In this document: positions 47,562-57,321 of the stretch, piece by piece
How the letters are laid out: the number at the start of each line of letters is the position of its first letter
How positions within the stretch are numbered: position 1 is the first letter of the stretch
NCBI GenBank assembly: GCA_964035575.1
Contig: OZ037844.1
Location: forward strand, 248,001-312,000
Length of the DNA: 64,000 nt
Reading direction: 5' to 3'
Source: Rhynchopus sp. YZ270_cl-10
Lineage: Eukaryota
Translations under genes and position numbers: made by a program
Notes under the pieces: model-generated
Told to the model about the DNA's origin: nothing
The model's database searches: none
What the model saw: the letters and a program-made list of their open reading frames with translations, nothing else

Positions 47562-49271
47562 CTACGTACTAAGGGAGCACTCAAGGATAGTGGAGTTTTT
47601 CCCGTGTTCGGTTCTGGTCGGGGGAGCTGAGGTGGTAAAGGAGATGTCGGGTCGGGTTTTCTCTATCAACGCAATAGCGGTTTGGAGGGGAGGGGCGAGG
47701 GGTAGGTTGACACGGAGATGGCTGGGTGTAGATGCGGTGCAGGTTACGGCCATGAGGGCACATGCCTGCTCGAGGAAGACGTCACTGATGCAGCCACCTT
47801 TCGCGTAATCTGCTACCACTGCGGCAGCGGCACGTTCCCCGGTGTGCTCTGCTTTGGTGCCACGGCCTCCCATGGAGCTGCCACACCATACCGCTCCGGT
47901 ACTGCTTTTCACCACAACAGTAATCCCGACAGCGTCGTTCACAACCCCATCCTCTTTGGTTAAATTCAGTGCAAGAACCCCAGCGGTTGGCACCTCCTTC
48001 TTTTCAAGAAACGCCACTGCCGCCTTCGCTACCCGCTGCCCCACCTCCAGATGGATCCCCCGAGAGACCCACACCGACACCTCCACCGAGGTCACCACAC
48101 CGGCTTCGATGAGCTGCACTGCATTCAATCTTGCCGGTTTTACTATAATTTCTGCCGTCGAACCTCCATTACCTTTTCGCTTCAACAGAGGCATCGCGAC
48201 ATCCGCACCAAACTGACGCAACACATAACACAACCCAGAGTCAATCAACACTACTGGAAGGCCCCCGCTATCACTCTGCCCCTTCAGGGTAATACGCAGT
48301 GGCTGTTCCGTCAGGCACAGTGAAGGAAGCATCCACAACGCGGTCTGAGAAACGGAGCCCTGAACCTCCAAGGGAGACCGGAGCTGTGCGTAGTGTGCTG
48401 GACGATCGAAAACGATGAGGGGGACGTCAAGGTCGCAGCTCCCAGCGGGGGTGGCTTCGTGTGCCTGCAGGAGTCCCAATCCTTCTAGGGCACGAAGCCC
48501 CGCTGCGTCTGCGGGGCCTAGAGAAGCGAGACCGTAGCCACCTTTTCGTCGTGCGTCTTTGCAGACTGTTACCGTAGTGGAGAAGAGTGCGGACAATGTG
48601 GCAGCCTGGCGTAGTACTGTGGCACCACCACAGCCAACTCCTCCATCAAGGATGTGGTCTGGAAGCGCGGCGAAGACTTCGGGTTCGGGTTCGGGTGTGT
48701 CCGGTGGAGTGTTTGTGTTTTCTGTAAGAGTGCGAAGGGTCCGTGAGGACACTGCCATGTCGTATTCCAGAACGTCCTCGCGGCGTTCGATCTCTGCGGC
48801 CTGTTGTGCGCGGACTGCAGTTTTGCGCATTTTTTTGCGTTCCGCTTTTTCTGCTCGGAGGACCGCATCTTCTGGGGTACGTTGCTTACGCTTTGACAGA
48901 GAGTCGAGAAGTATGCGGAAGTGGTCGAGGATCAGATCTTCTGGGTCAACTGGCTTGCGGGTGGTACTGCGTTCGGTTGCGGTTCTGGTTGCGGTGTCTA
49001 TGCAGGTAATGCAGGCCTGCCGTTTCAAAGGGTCGTGTAGTAGGCTATGTGCTAGCCGTACAACCTGGGTCAAGGGGTGCGTCTCGTGGCATTCGTCGTC
49101 CAGGACAACGTCCAGCATCGCGATTTTCTCCTCCAGAGCGCGGTCCACTGCAGAAGGCCGCAGTGCATTGGACGGCTCCAACTGCAAAACCAAAAAGGGG
49201 TCGAAACACTCAATCCCGCCTTCAGAGGCTCGGGTCAGTATCCGCATCTGTTTTTGGTAGCGTTGCGCCAT
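47562..49271 (-). CDS. RNA 3'-terminal phosphate cyclase (RtcA/Rcl1)-like protein with a degenerate J-domain-like N-terminal extension (569 aa)
   Basis: ILDGGVGCGGATVLRQAATLSAL resembles RtcA IDGS.GEGGGQILR..LSLS. GGRGTKAEHTGERAA...ISDVFLEQ...MA resembles G.RG..AE.VG..A...VD..LADQ...MA. N-terminal DPFLVLQL...LAHSLLHDPLKRQ is J-domain-like. Confidence 0.7.
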   Translation of the reverse strand: MAQRYQKQMRILTRASEGGIECFDPFLVLQLEPSNALRPSAVDRALEEKIAMLDVVLDDECHETHPLTQVVRLAHSLLHDPLKRQACITCIDTATRTATERSTTRKPVDPEDLILDHFRILLDSLSKRKQRTPEDAVLRAEKAERKKMRKTAVRAQQAAEIERREDVLEYDMAVSSRTLRTLTENTNTPPDTPEPEPEVFAALPDHILDGGVGCGGATVLRQAATLSALFSTTVTVCKDARRKGGYGLASLGPADAAGLRALEGLGLLQAHEATPAGSCDLDVPLIVFDRPAHYAQLRSPLEVQGSVSQTALWMLPSLCLTEQPLRITLKGQSDSGGLPVVLIDSGLCYVLRQFGADVAMPLLKRKGNGGSTAEIIVKPARLNAVQLIEAGVVTSVEVSVWVSRGIHLEVGQRVAKAAVAFLEKKEVPTAGVLALNLTKEDGVVNDAVGITVVVKSSTGAVWCGSSMGGRGTKAEHTGERAAAAVVADYAKGGCISDVFLEQACALMAVTCTASTPSHLRVNLPLAPPLQTAIALIEKTRPDISFTTSAPPTRTEHGKNSTILECSLST

Positions 49272-50455
49272 TTGGAAGAGAAAAAAAAAGAAAACGGGGA
49301 GGGGTACCTACGAAGTAGGGTTTTTTTTGCTGTTTGAGGGGGCGTTTGGTATTGTTAGATAAGTGTGCTTGAGAGAGAGAAACTGTTTGACAAAAAAAAA
49401 ATGGCAGGGTTCCTCTGTAAGCAACCCATCTAATCAACGAAAATAAAGCAAGGAACCGCGCGTCACAGGATGCGCGGTAGCATCCTCAGGCACTGGACAG
49501 AGAAGAGGCGAAAGTGTGGGAGACGTTGGCCTGCGACCCTCTGTCTCTGTCTTGGGAAGACTTGGAGAGACTTGGAGGACGACTCCTTGCCGGGACATGC
49601 TGATGGCCCAAATATCCCCTAGACCGCCCTGAAAGAAGAGTATTAGGTCTCTTCCCTGGGTTGATCTGTAGTTAGAGGAGGCTGTCAGTGATGCGGATAG
49701 CGAAAGTCAGCGTCCTCGAGCGAGTTGAAACGACCCAAAGAGCGGCAAAACGCAAGCTTTCGGATGCGGGCGAGGGGCAGCAACCAAGCCAAACAAAGAA
49801 GAGGGTGAACTCCGACCACAGTGAAAGACTGTCACCAGCAGCAGCACCAGAAAACGTTCAGCACTGAAGACGCCATCTCTTTGTACTAATGTATGTCGCA
49901 GTTAAAACTAGAACCAAACTCAGACTCGACGCATTTTTTTTTGTTTGCGCAGACTCGCGTCATGACACCGTTTTTCATAAAACGGAAAAAAAAAATAATA
50001 CAAAAGGGAGTTCGATGCTATAATTACGCTTGTGTGGGTGGGTGGACGCTTGCCAATCCGTATCAAGGATGAAAGGTCCCCCCCTACTAAGAATATACTA
50101 AGAAAAAATGGGAAATAGTACTATCAAAAATAGTGCACATCATGCCGGCAAATGGTACACCACCTTTTTGACATTCCCCTTTTCCGCCCCCAGGAATTAT
50201 TATTTGAAACGTTTTTTAACCATTCCTTTGTACTATTGTATTTTTTACTTGTAAGTTTAGGAAACGAAGCACACACGGTGGAAGGTCCTGGAAGCTCCAA
50301 GAAAAATGAAGGTAGGTGGGATAAAGAGGAAGTTTCGCCTAAAACGCACACACAAACTGGAAAAAAAAAACCGTCACCCCTTTTTCATTGAAATAACGTT
50401 GCTACTATCCCAATATGCCTATTAGAATCTACTCAATAAAACCCCCTGCTCTGTT

Positions 50456-51028
50456 TCACAGTTTTGCATCACCACATTGCGACCCTACTGCATCTGCCTC
50501 TGCGGTCTCTAACGCGGCAAGCAGAAGGCGAAGGGCACGTGTCGTGTACTCTGCCATATTCGCGATGCGTTCGTTGTGTGGTGAGTTGTATGATTCGGTT
50601 CTGGTGATGTTACCGGGGCCTACCACTCGGATGGATGTGAACCCCGTGGTGATGGTGTTGAGAGGGCTGTTTGGGGGGAAGGTGGTGGCGTCCGTTGCGC
50701 CGGACTCTGCAATGGCCCAGGTGGATTTGGTGGTCGCCTGCATATACGGTGCGAGGGTGTCGACGAAGACCTGCTTCGAGGATACATAGCGTGCTGCGGA
50801 GGAGTAGTTCTCGCGCCCCCCCAGAGGCTGACGCGCCGCACGCGGCAGAAGCGCGCGGCCACCCTGAGCAGAGTAGACGCTCACCCCCGCAACACAGAAC
50901 CTGCTTGCACCTGGCGCCGTCTGCAGACTTGCGTTGATCAGCCCCCCAGTGGTACCCTCAATCACAGACACCGTCTCGCGACGCTTGCGCAACAATGTCC
51001 CAACCTTGCGAGCAGTTTCAATGTCCAT
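50456..51028 (-). CDS. CinA C-terminal / PncC (NMN deamidase)-like protein
   Basis: TVSVIEGTTGGLINASLQTAPGASRFCVAGVSVYS matches the AESCTGG...PG(S/A)S..F..G...YS pattern, and AIAESG is present. ATG taken at MDIETARK. Confidence 0.8.
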   Translation of the reverse strand: MDIETARKVGTLLRKRRETVSVIEGTTGGLINASLQTAPGASRFCVAGVSVYSAQGGRALLPRAARQPLGGRENYSSAARYVSSKQVFVDTLAPYMQATTKSTWAIAESGATDATTFPPNSPLNTITTGFTSIRVVGPGNITRTESYNSPHNERIANMAEYTTRALRLLLAALETAEADAVGSQCGDAKL

Positions 51029-51563
51029 TTTTTTTGTGTTTGGAACGCTGTGGAGTGGGTGTCCGGCGGGGCGTATCATGGTAAAATACATGGCGATAAT
51101 TTCATGTGAGGTAGCATGTGGTCTAGAGGTTCGTCATAGGTATCTCAACGAACCTCTGCTGTCAGACATCCTAAACGGTAAGTGATGCAGTGGTGCGTGG
51201 GCTTGTTCCTTGCCTAGGTCTGCTCCTATACCAATGAGTACCTGCACTTTGTCGTGGTTTCGCAGTGCAGTACAAAGCAGTATCCCGGTGATTTATGAAA
51301 AGAAGAGTGCGTAATTCGGTGCCTCCCTTTGGCCGCAAGGATACGACGTGGAAGTGAGGAGGTGAGGGGGGGGGGGGGGGGTCGGTAAAATAAAAACATC
51401 ACCCAGTCTTGTTCATGTTTATAATGTATTTGCGTACCCCAACCCTCCGTCAAAGAAATAAATTTACGTACGGTGCAGAGGAGAAAACACAGTGACGAAG
51501 GTTATTTCATATCTTTTATTTCGAAAAAGAAGGTAGAGGCAGTGACGAAGGGAAAGAAAAATG

Positions 51564-53440
51564 TCACGCTGGCCAGAGGGGCTCGACACAGTATTCTTCT
51601 TCTTCTTCTGCACCGTGCTTGAGGAGAATCTGCACCATATCTGTACGTTGTTTCTGTATCTTGCACTCTCTTGCCTGGTGCAGCGCAGTGCGGCCCCACC
51701 TATTTCTGTGGTTCACATCCACCTCCCGCAAGCCCACAAAATAGCGCACAGTCTCGGTGTGTCCATGATCTGCCGCACGAATAAGACATGTGTTACTCTC
51801 GTCGTCCACCACACTCACGTCTGCACCTGCTTCCACTAACATTTGCACAATATCAAGTTCCCCAACCGCACAGGCATAGTGAAGAGGTCCCCGTCCTCGG
51901 CTATTCTTCGCCTCGATGTCTGCCCCTGCATCAATGAGCAGCTGCACCACATCTGGGTGCTTCTTGAACACTGCGCGGTGCAGTGCAGTGGAGCCGTTGG
52001 TATTTGACTGATTCACATCCACCTCAGGCATGCACAGAAGAGTGCGCACAGTCTCGGTGTGTCCCTGATCAGCCGCAAAGAAAAGACATGCGTTACTCAG
52101 GTAGTCCACCACACACACGCCCGCACCTGCTTCGACCAACATCTTCACAATTTCGTGTTCCCCAACCTCACAAACACAGTGAAGAGGTGCCCTTCCTTGG
52201 CTATCCTTTGCTTCGATGTCTGCCCCTGCATCAATGAGCACATCCACCACAGCAGAGTCCTTATGTGATACTGCGTAGTGCAGTGAAGTGAAGCCACTGT
52301 TATTTGCATGATTCACATCCACCTCAGGCATGCACAGAAGAGTACGCACAGTCTCGTTGTTTCCATAAATAGCCGCAAGGATAAGACACGTGTCTCCCTC
52401 ACTATCTGTGACACACACGTCCGCACCTGCTCTGACCAACATCTCCGCAACCCTGAGATTGCCACACTCACTCGCATTGAGGAGTGGCGAACGTCCGTTG
52501 TTGAGCTTTGCCTCGATGTCTGCCCCTGCATCAATGAGCACCTGCACCACATCTGCATGCGTCTCGGTGAATCCTGATGCTGCAACAATCATAAGACTTG
52601 TGTACCCATTCTTTTGTGTGGCACATACGTCCGCACCCGCCTCCACCAACATCTTCACAATAGGGAGTTCACCTCTCAGGCTAGAATAGACAAGAGGTGT
52701 ACAAGAGTCCTCATCCCTTGTCTCGAGGTCTGCCCCTGCATCAATGAGCATCTGCGTGCTGCTGATGTACTGCACAAAACAACGCAGACGAGCGGTCATC
52801 AGGTTTGTGATTCACGTCCACCTCCGGCACGCCCACAAGATAGCGCACAGTGCTGTGTCGCAACAAATAGACACGCGTTTCCTTCGTTGTCTGTGACACA
52901 CACTCCCGCACCTGCTTCAACCAAAAAATTTACAACTGCGAGTGCTCCTGAACAGCAAGCCAAGTGCAGAGGCGAACGTCCCATGTCGTCCTTTGTCTCG
53001 ATGTCTGCTCCTGCATCAATGAGCACCTGACACACTGCAGGGTCCTCCCACATGGCTGGACAAGAAAGGTGCTCCTGCCCATGTGGAACAAACGCAACGT
53101 TGCTGCAGACTGACTTCCAATGCTGCAAGAGGACCTCCGTGCACGCAGTGTGGTCTGCGTGGATGCACTCACTCAGCAGCATCCCGAAGCCCATCTGCGT
53201 TGTCTCAACATACGGAAGAAGCAGTGCGAGGCATTCATCGTGGTTCCCTCTGCATGCCTCGTGCACAGCATCGAAGGCAACAGTTTTGCTGTCTGTGCCT
53301 GGGATGAGCTTCTCAAGTCCCGCCCGCACGGCAGTCGTGTCGCCGTTCCTGGCAGCCTCCACCAAAACCTCGTCTGCAGAAAGTGTTGTGCTGTTTGGTG
53401 CCTTCTCGTCAGGTGTGCTGTCTGCGTGCTGCTTCGACAT
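51564..53440 (-). pseudogene. Ankyrin family copy A11, frameshifted near 52800-52860
   Basis: Head in ORF 52799-53461 and remainder in ORF 51564-52799. Deletions are visible in module 1. Confidence 0.8.
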
Positions 53441-53917
53441 GGTTTGTGAAGATGTTGACATTCAATGTTGTGTCTTTTATGCTGTTTCTTTTTGTGGAGG
53501 TTGTGAGGTGAGTGGTGGGTGTACCTGAACTGCCTCCCACCCCTGACAAGCACAGCCACAGTGGAAACGGGTGGTGTGGAAGTCTCCCTCCTGAGTGGTG
53601 GTGGGAATCTATCTGCCTTGAGACGAGGAGGTGAGGGAGGGGGTCTGCAAGATAAAAACATCATTCAGTCTTGTTCATGTTCATAATGTATGCCGGAAAG
53701 TTCATGTCAGAACCGAACCTTTGGGGAAGCGGTCACTTTCACTTCAGTTCGGGCGGTTTCTCCCTTCAGATTTGTGTCGTAAAATATTTTGTATTTTCCC
53801 GCCCTCCCACACACCGTGCTTGAGGGGTACCTGCACCACATCTGCACATATTGTTTCTTCCTCGCATTGTGCAACGCAGTGTTGTGTGCCCAACAAATTT
53901 CTGTGGTTCACATCAAC

Positions 53918-55156
53918 CTAGTGCAAGCCCACAAGATAGCGCACAGTCTCGGTGTGCCCACGATCTGCCGCAATGTTAAGAGATGTGTGACTCTTGTTGT
54001 CCACCACACTCACGTCCGCACCTGCTTTCACCAACATCTCCACTATTTCGAGTGCCCCAACCTCACAAGCACAGTGAAGAGGTGTCCTGCTCATGTAATT
54101 AACTGCTTCGATGTCTGCCCCTGCATCAATGAGCAACTTCGACACATCTGGGTACTTCTGTGACACTGCGCCATGCAGTGGAGTGAAGCCGCTGGTATTT
54201 GACTGATTCACACACTCCACCTCAGGCAGGCACAGAAGAGTGCGCACAGTCTCGGTGTGATGTGCCGCAAGGATAAGACATGTGTTTCGATTGTTGTCTG
54301 TGACACACACGTCCGCACCTGCTCTGACCAACACCTTCACAACACTCAGATTCCCACGCAGGCTCGCCAAGAGGAGTGGCGAACGTCCGTCCTTGTTCTT
54401 TACCTCAATGTCAGCCCCTGCATCAATGAGCACCTGCATCACATCTCGATCACCATCCCCAGCTGCTGCGAGCACCGCAGTGTAGCCGTCATCATCCTTG
54501 TGGTTCATATTTATCTCCGGCAAGCACACAAGATAGCGCACAGTCTCGGTTTGTCCAAAATATACCGCTAGGATAAGACATGTGTCTATATTGTTGTCTG
54601 TGACACACACGTCCGCACCTGCTTTGACTAAAATTTTCGCAACTGCGAGTGCTCCTGAACAGCAAGCCAAGTGCAGAGGCGAACGTCCCATGTCATCCTT
54701 TGTCTCGATGTCTGCCCCTGCATCAATGAGCACCTGACACACTGCAGGGTCCTCCCACATGGCTGGACAGGCCCGCCCATATAGGTCCTCCTTCCCGTGT
54801 GGGACAAACGCAACGTTGCTGCAGACTGACTTCCAATGCTGCAAGAGGACCTCCGTGCACGCAGTGTGGTCTGCGTGGATGCACTCACTCAGCAGCATCC
54901 CGAAGCCCATCTGCGTTGTCTCAACATACGGAAGAAGCAGTGCGAGGCATTCATCGTGGTTCCCTCTGCATGCCTCGTGCACAGCATCGAAGGCAACCGT
55001 TTCGCTGTCTGTGTCTGGTCTGAGCTTCTCAAGTCCCGCCCGCACGGCAGTCGTGTCGCCGTTCCTGGCAGCCTCCACCAAGACCGAGTCTGCAGAAAGT
55101 GTTGTGCTGTGTGGTGCCTTCTCGTCAGGTGTGCTGTCTGCGTGTTGCTTCGACAT
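53918..55156 (-). CDS. Ankyrin family copy A12 (412 aa), lacking the last repeat because of a premature TAG
   Basis: Ends LVGLH*. A degraded tail continues to ~53810. Confidence 0.85.
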   Translation of the reverse strand: MSKQHADSTPDEKAPHSTTLSADSVLVEAARNGDTTAVRAGLEKLRPDTDSETVAFDAVHEACRGNHDECLALLLPYVETTQMGFGMLLSECIHADHTACTEVLLQHWKSVCSNVAFVPHGKEDLYGRACPAMWEDPAVCQVLIDAGADIETKDDMGRSPLHLACCSGALAVAKILVKAGADVCVTDNNIDTCLILAVYFGQTETVRYLVCLPEINMNHKDDDGYTAVLAAAGDGDRDVMQVLIDAGADIEVKNKDGRSPLLLASLRGNLSVVKVLVRAGADVCVTDNNRNTCLILAAHHTETVRTLLCLPEVECVNQSNTSGFTPLHGAVSQKYPDVSKLLIDAGADIEAVNYMSRTPLHCACEVGALEIVEMLVKAGADVSVVDNKSHTSLNIAADRGHTETVRYLVGLH

Positions 55157-55769
55157 GGTTTTTGAAGATGTTGATATTCAATGTTGTGTCTTTTGTGCTG
55201 TTTCTTTTTGTGGAGGTTGTGAGGTGAGTGGTGGGTGTCCTTGAAGTGCCTCCCACCCCAGACAAGCACAGCCACAGTGGAAACGGGTGGTGTGGAAGTC
55301 TCCTCCTGAGGGTGGTGGTGGGAATCTATCTGCCTTGAGACGAGGAGGTGAGGGAGGGGGTCTGTAAGATAAAAAACATCATTCAGTCTTGTTCATGTTC
55401 ATAATGTAGGCGGGAAAATTCATGTCAGAACCGACACTTTGGGGAAGCGGTCATTTCGGAACGTTTCACTAAGGTTCCCCTGTGGGCGTACCCAGGTACT
55501 TGTGGTTTATCGAGTCAATAGAAAAGCTGAAACTAAAACGTGTAACCCGAAACACCCTTACTTTGTGGGTTGTCCAACGGGAAACCTCCTCGCAAACACC
55601 TACCTTCACATAGGCTCGGGTAGTTTTCCTTTCAGCTTTTTGCTTGCCGTACAATCTTTTGTTTTTCCCGCCCTCCCACACACCGTGCTAGGGGTACCTG
55701 CAGTACATTTGCATGTTGTTTCTTCCTCGCAGTGCAGCACGATAAATTCCTGTGGTTCATCACATCAAC

Positions 55770-57011
55770 CTAGTGCAAGCCGACAAGATAGCGCACAGTC
55801 TCGGTGTGTCCGCGCTGTGAAGCAATGATAAGACATGTGTTACTCTTGTTGTCCACAACATGCACGTCCGCACCTGCTTCTACCAACATTTGCACAATTC
55901 CGAGTGCCCCAGCGCTACAAGCACAGTGAAGAGGTGTCCTGCCCGTGCAATTCATTGCCTCGATGTCTGCCCCTGCATCAATGAGCAACTTCGATACGTC
56001 TGGGTAATTCTGTAACACTGCAAGGTGAAGTGGAGTGTCGCTCCTGCAATTTGACTGATTCACATCCACCTCAGGCATGCACAGAAGAGTGCGCACAGTC
56101 TCGGTGTGTCCATTGTAAGCCGCAAGAGAAAGACATGTGTTTCCTTTGTTGTCTGTGACACAAACGTCAGCACCTGCTTTGACCAGCATCGCCACAACAC
56201 GGAGATTCCCACACTGGCTCGCCAAGAGGAGTGGCGAACGGTCGTCGTAGTTCTTTACCTCAATGTCAGCCCCTGCATCAATGAGCACCTGCATCACCTC
56301 TCCACCCCTACCCGCTGCTGCGAGCACCGCAGTGTAGCCGTCATCATTCTCGTGGTTCATATTTATCTCCGGCAAGCACACAAGATAGCGCACAGTCTCG
56401 GTGTGTCCATAAGCAACCGCAAGGATGAGACACGTGTCTTCATTGTTGTCTGCGACACACACTCCCGCACCTGCTTTGACTAAAATTTTCGCAACTGCGA
56501 GTGCTCCTGAACGACAAGCCCAGTGCAGAGGCGAACGTCCCATGTCATCCTTTGTCTCGATGTCTGCCCCTGCATCAATGAGCACCTGACACACTGCAGG
56601 GTCCTCCCACATGGCTGGACAGTCACGGTTATTGATGCCCTTGCGCGAGTGCGGAACAAACGCAACGTTGCTGCAGACAGACTTCCAATGCTGCAAGAGG
56701 ACCTCCGTGCACGCAGTGTGGTCTGCGTGGATGCACTCACTCAGTAGCATCCCAAAGCCCATCTGCGTTGTCTCAACATACGGAAGAAGCAGTGCGAGGC
56801 ATTCATCGTGGTTCCCTCTGCATGCCTCGTGCACAGCATCGAAGGCAACCGTTTTGCTGTCTGTGTCTGGGCTGAGCTTCTCAAGTCCCACCCGCACGGC
56901 AGTCGTGTCGCCGTTCCTGGCAGCCTCCACCAAGACCTCGTCTGCAGAAAGTGTTGTGCTGTTTGGTGCCTTCTCGTCAGGTGTGCTGTCTGCATGTTGC
57001 TCCTTCGACAT
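55770..57011 (-). CDS. Ankyrin family copy A13 (413 aa from MSKEQH), same premature TAG as A12
   Basis: Family head present and ends LVGLH*. Confidence 0.85.
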   Translation of the reverse strand: MSKEQHADSTPDEKAPNSTTLSADEVLVEAARNGDTTAVRVGLEKLSPDTDSKTVAFDAVHEACRGNHDECLALLLPYVETTQMGFGMLLSECIHADHTACTEVLLQHWKSVCSNVAFVPHSRKGINNRDCPAMWEDPAVCQVLIDAGADIETKDDMGRSPLHWACRSGALAVAKILVKAGAGVCVADNNEDTCLILAVAYGHTETVRYLVCLPEINMNHENDDGYTAVLAAAGRGGEVMQVLIDAGADIEVKNYDDRSPLLLASQCGNLRVVAMLVKAGADVCVTDNKGNTCLSLAAYNGHTETVRTLLCMPEVDVNQSNCRSDTPLHLAVLQNYPDVSKLLIDAGADIEAMNCTGRTPLHCACSAGALGIVQMLVEAGADVHVVDNKSNTCLIIASQRGHTETVRYLVGLH

Positions 57012-57321
57012 GGTTTTGAACTTTTCGTTAATGTGTGTTGTGGTCTTCCCTTTTATGGGTTGAGGTGGGGCAAGGATATCGCTATCAGCACGTCCCCCCA
57101 CAAGACGCGAACAGAATACCCAAAAATAAACCTCCCCCCCACTGTCTTATAGTATACCGTGATTCAGGGCAGTAAAGTGATCGGGGTTTGCATCAACAGT
57201 ACTGAATAAACCACAGTCGCTTTCACGTGCCCATCCACAAGAAGGTGTCGGCTGCCACACCCACGGTAGCTGCTTCAGCTCAAGAGCCGATGACAGTCGC
57301 AATGCCGTATCCCTTCACATT

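Noticed and set aside
49490..49870. Plus-strand coding-like remnant
   Set aside because: Multiple stops and no recognisable domain, so no call can be supported.
53810..53920. Stop-codon readthrough or TAG recoding in A12/A13
   Set aside because: The downstream tail has further frameshifts, and TAG ends other genes normally (33971).
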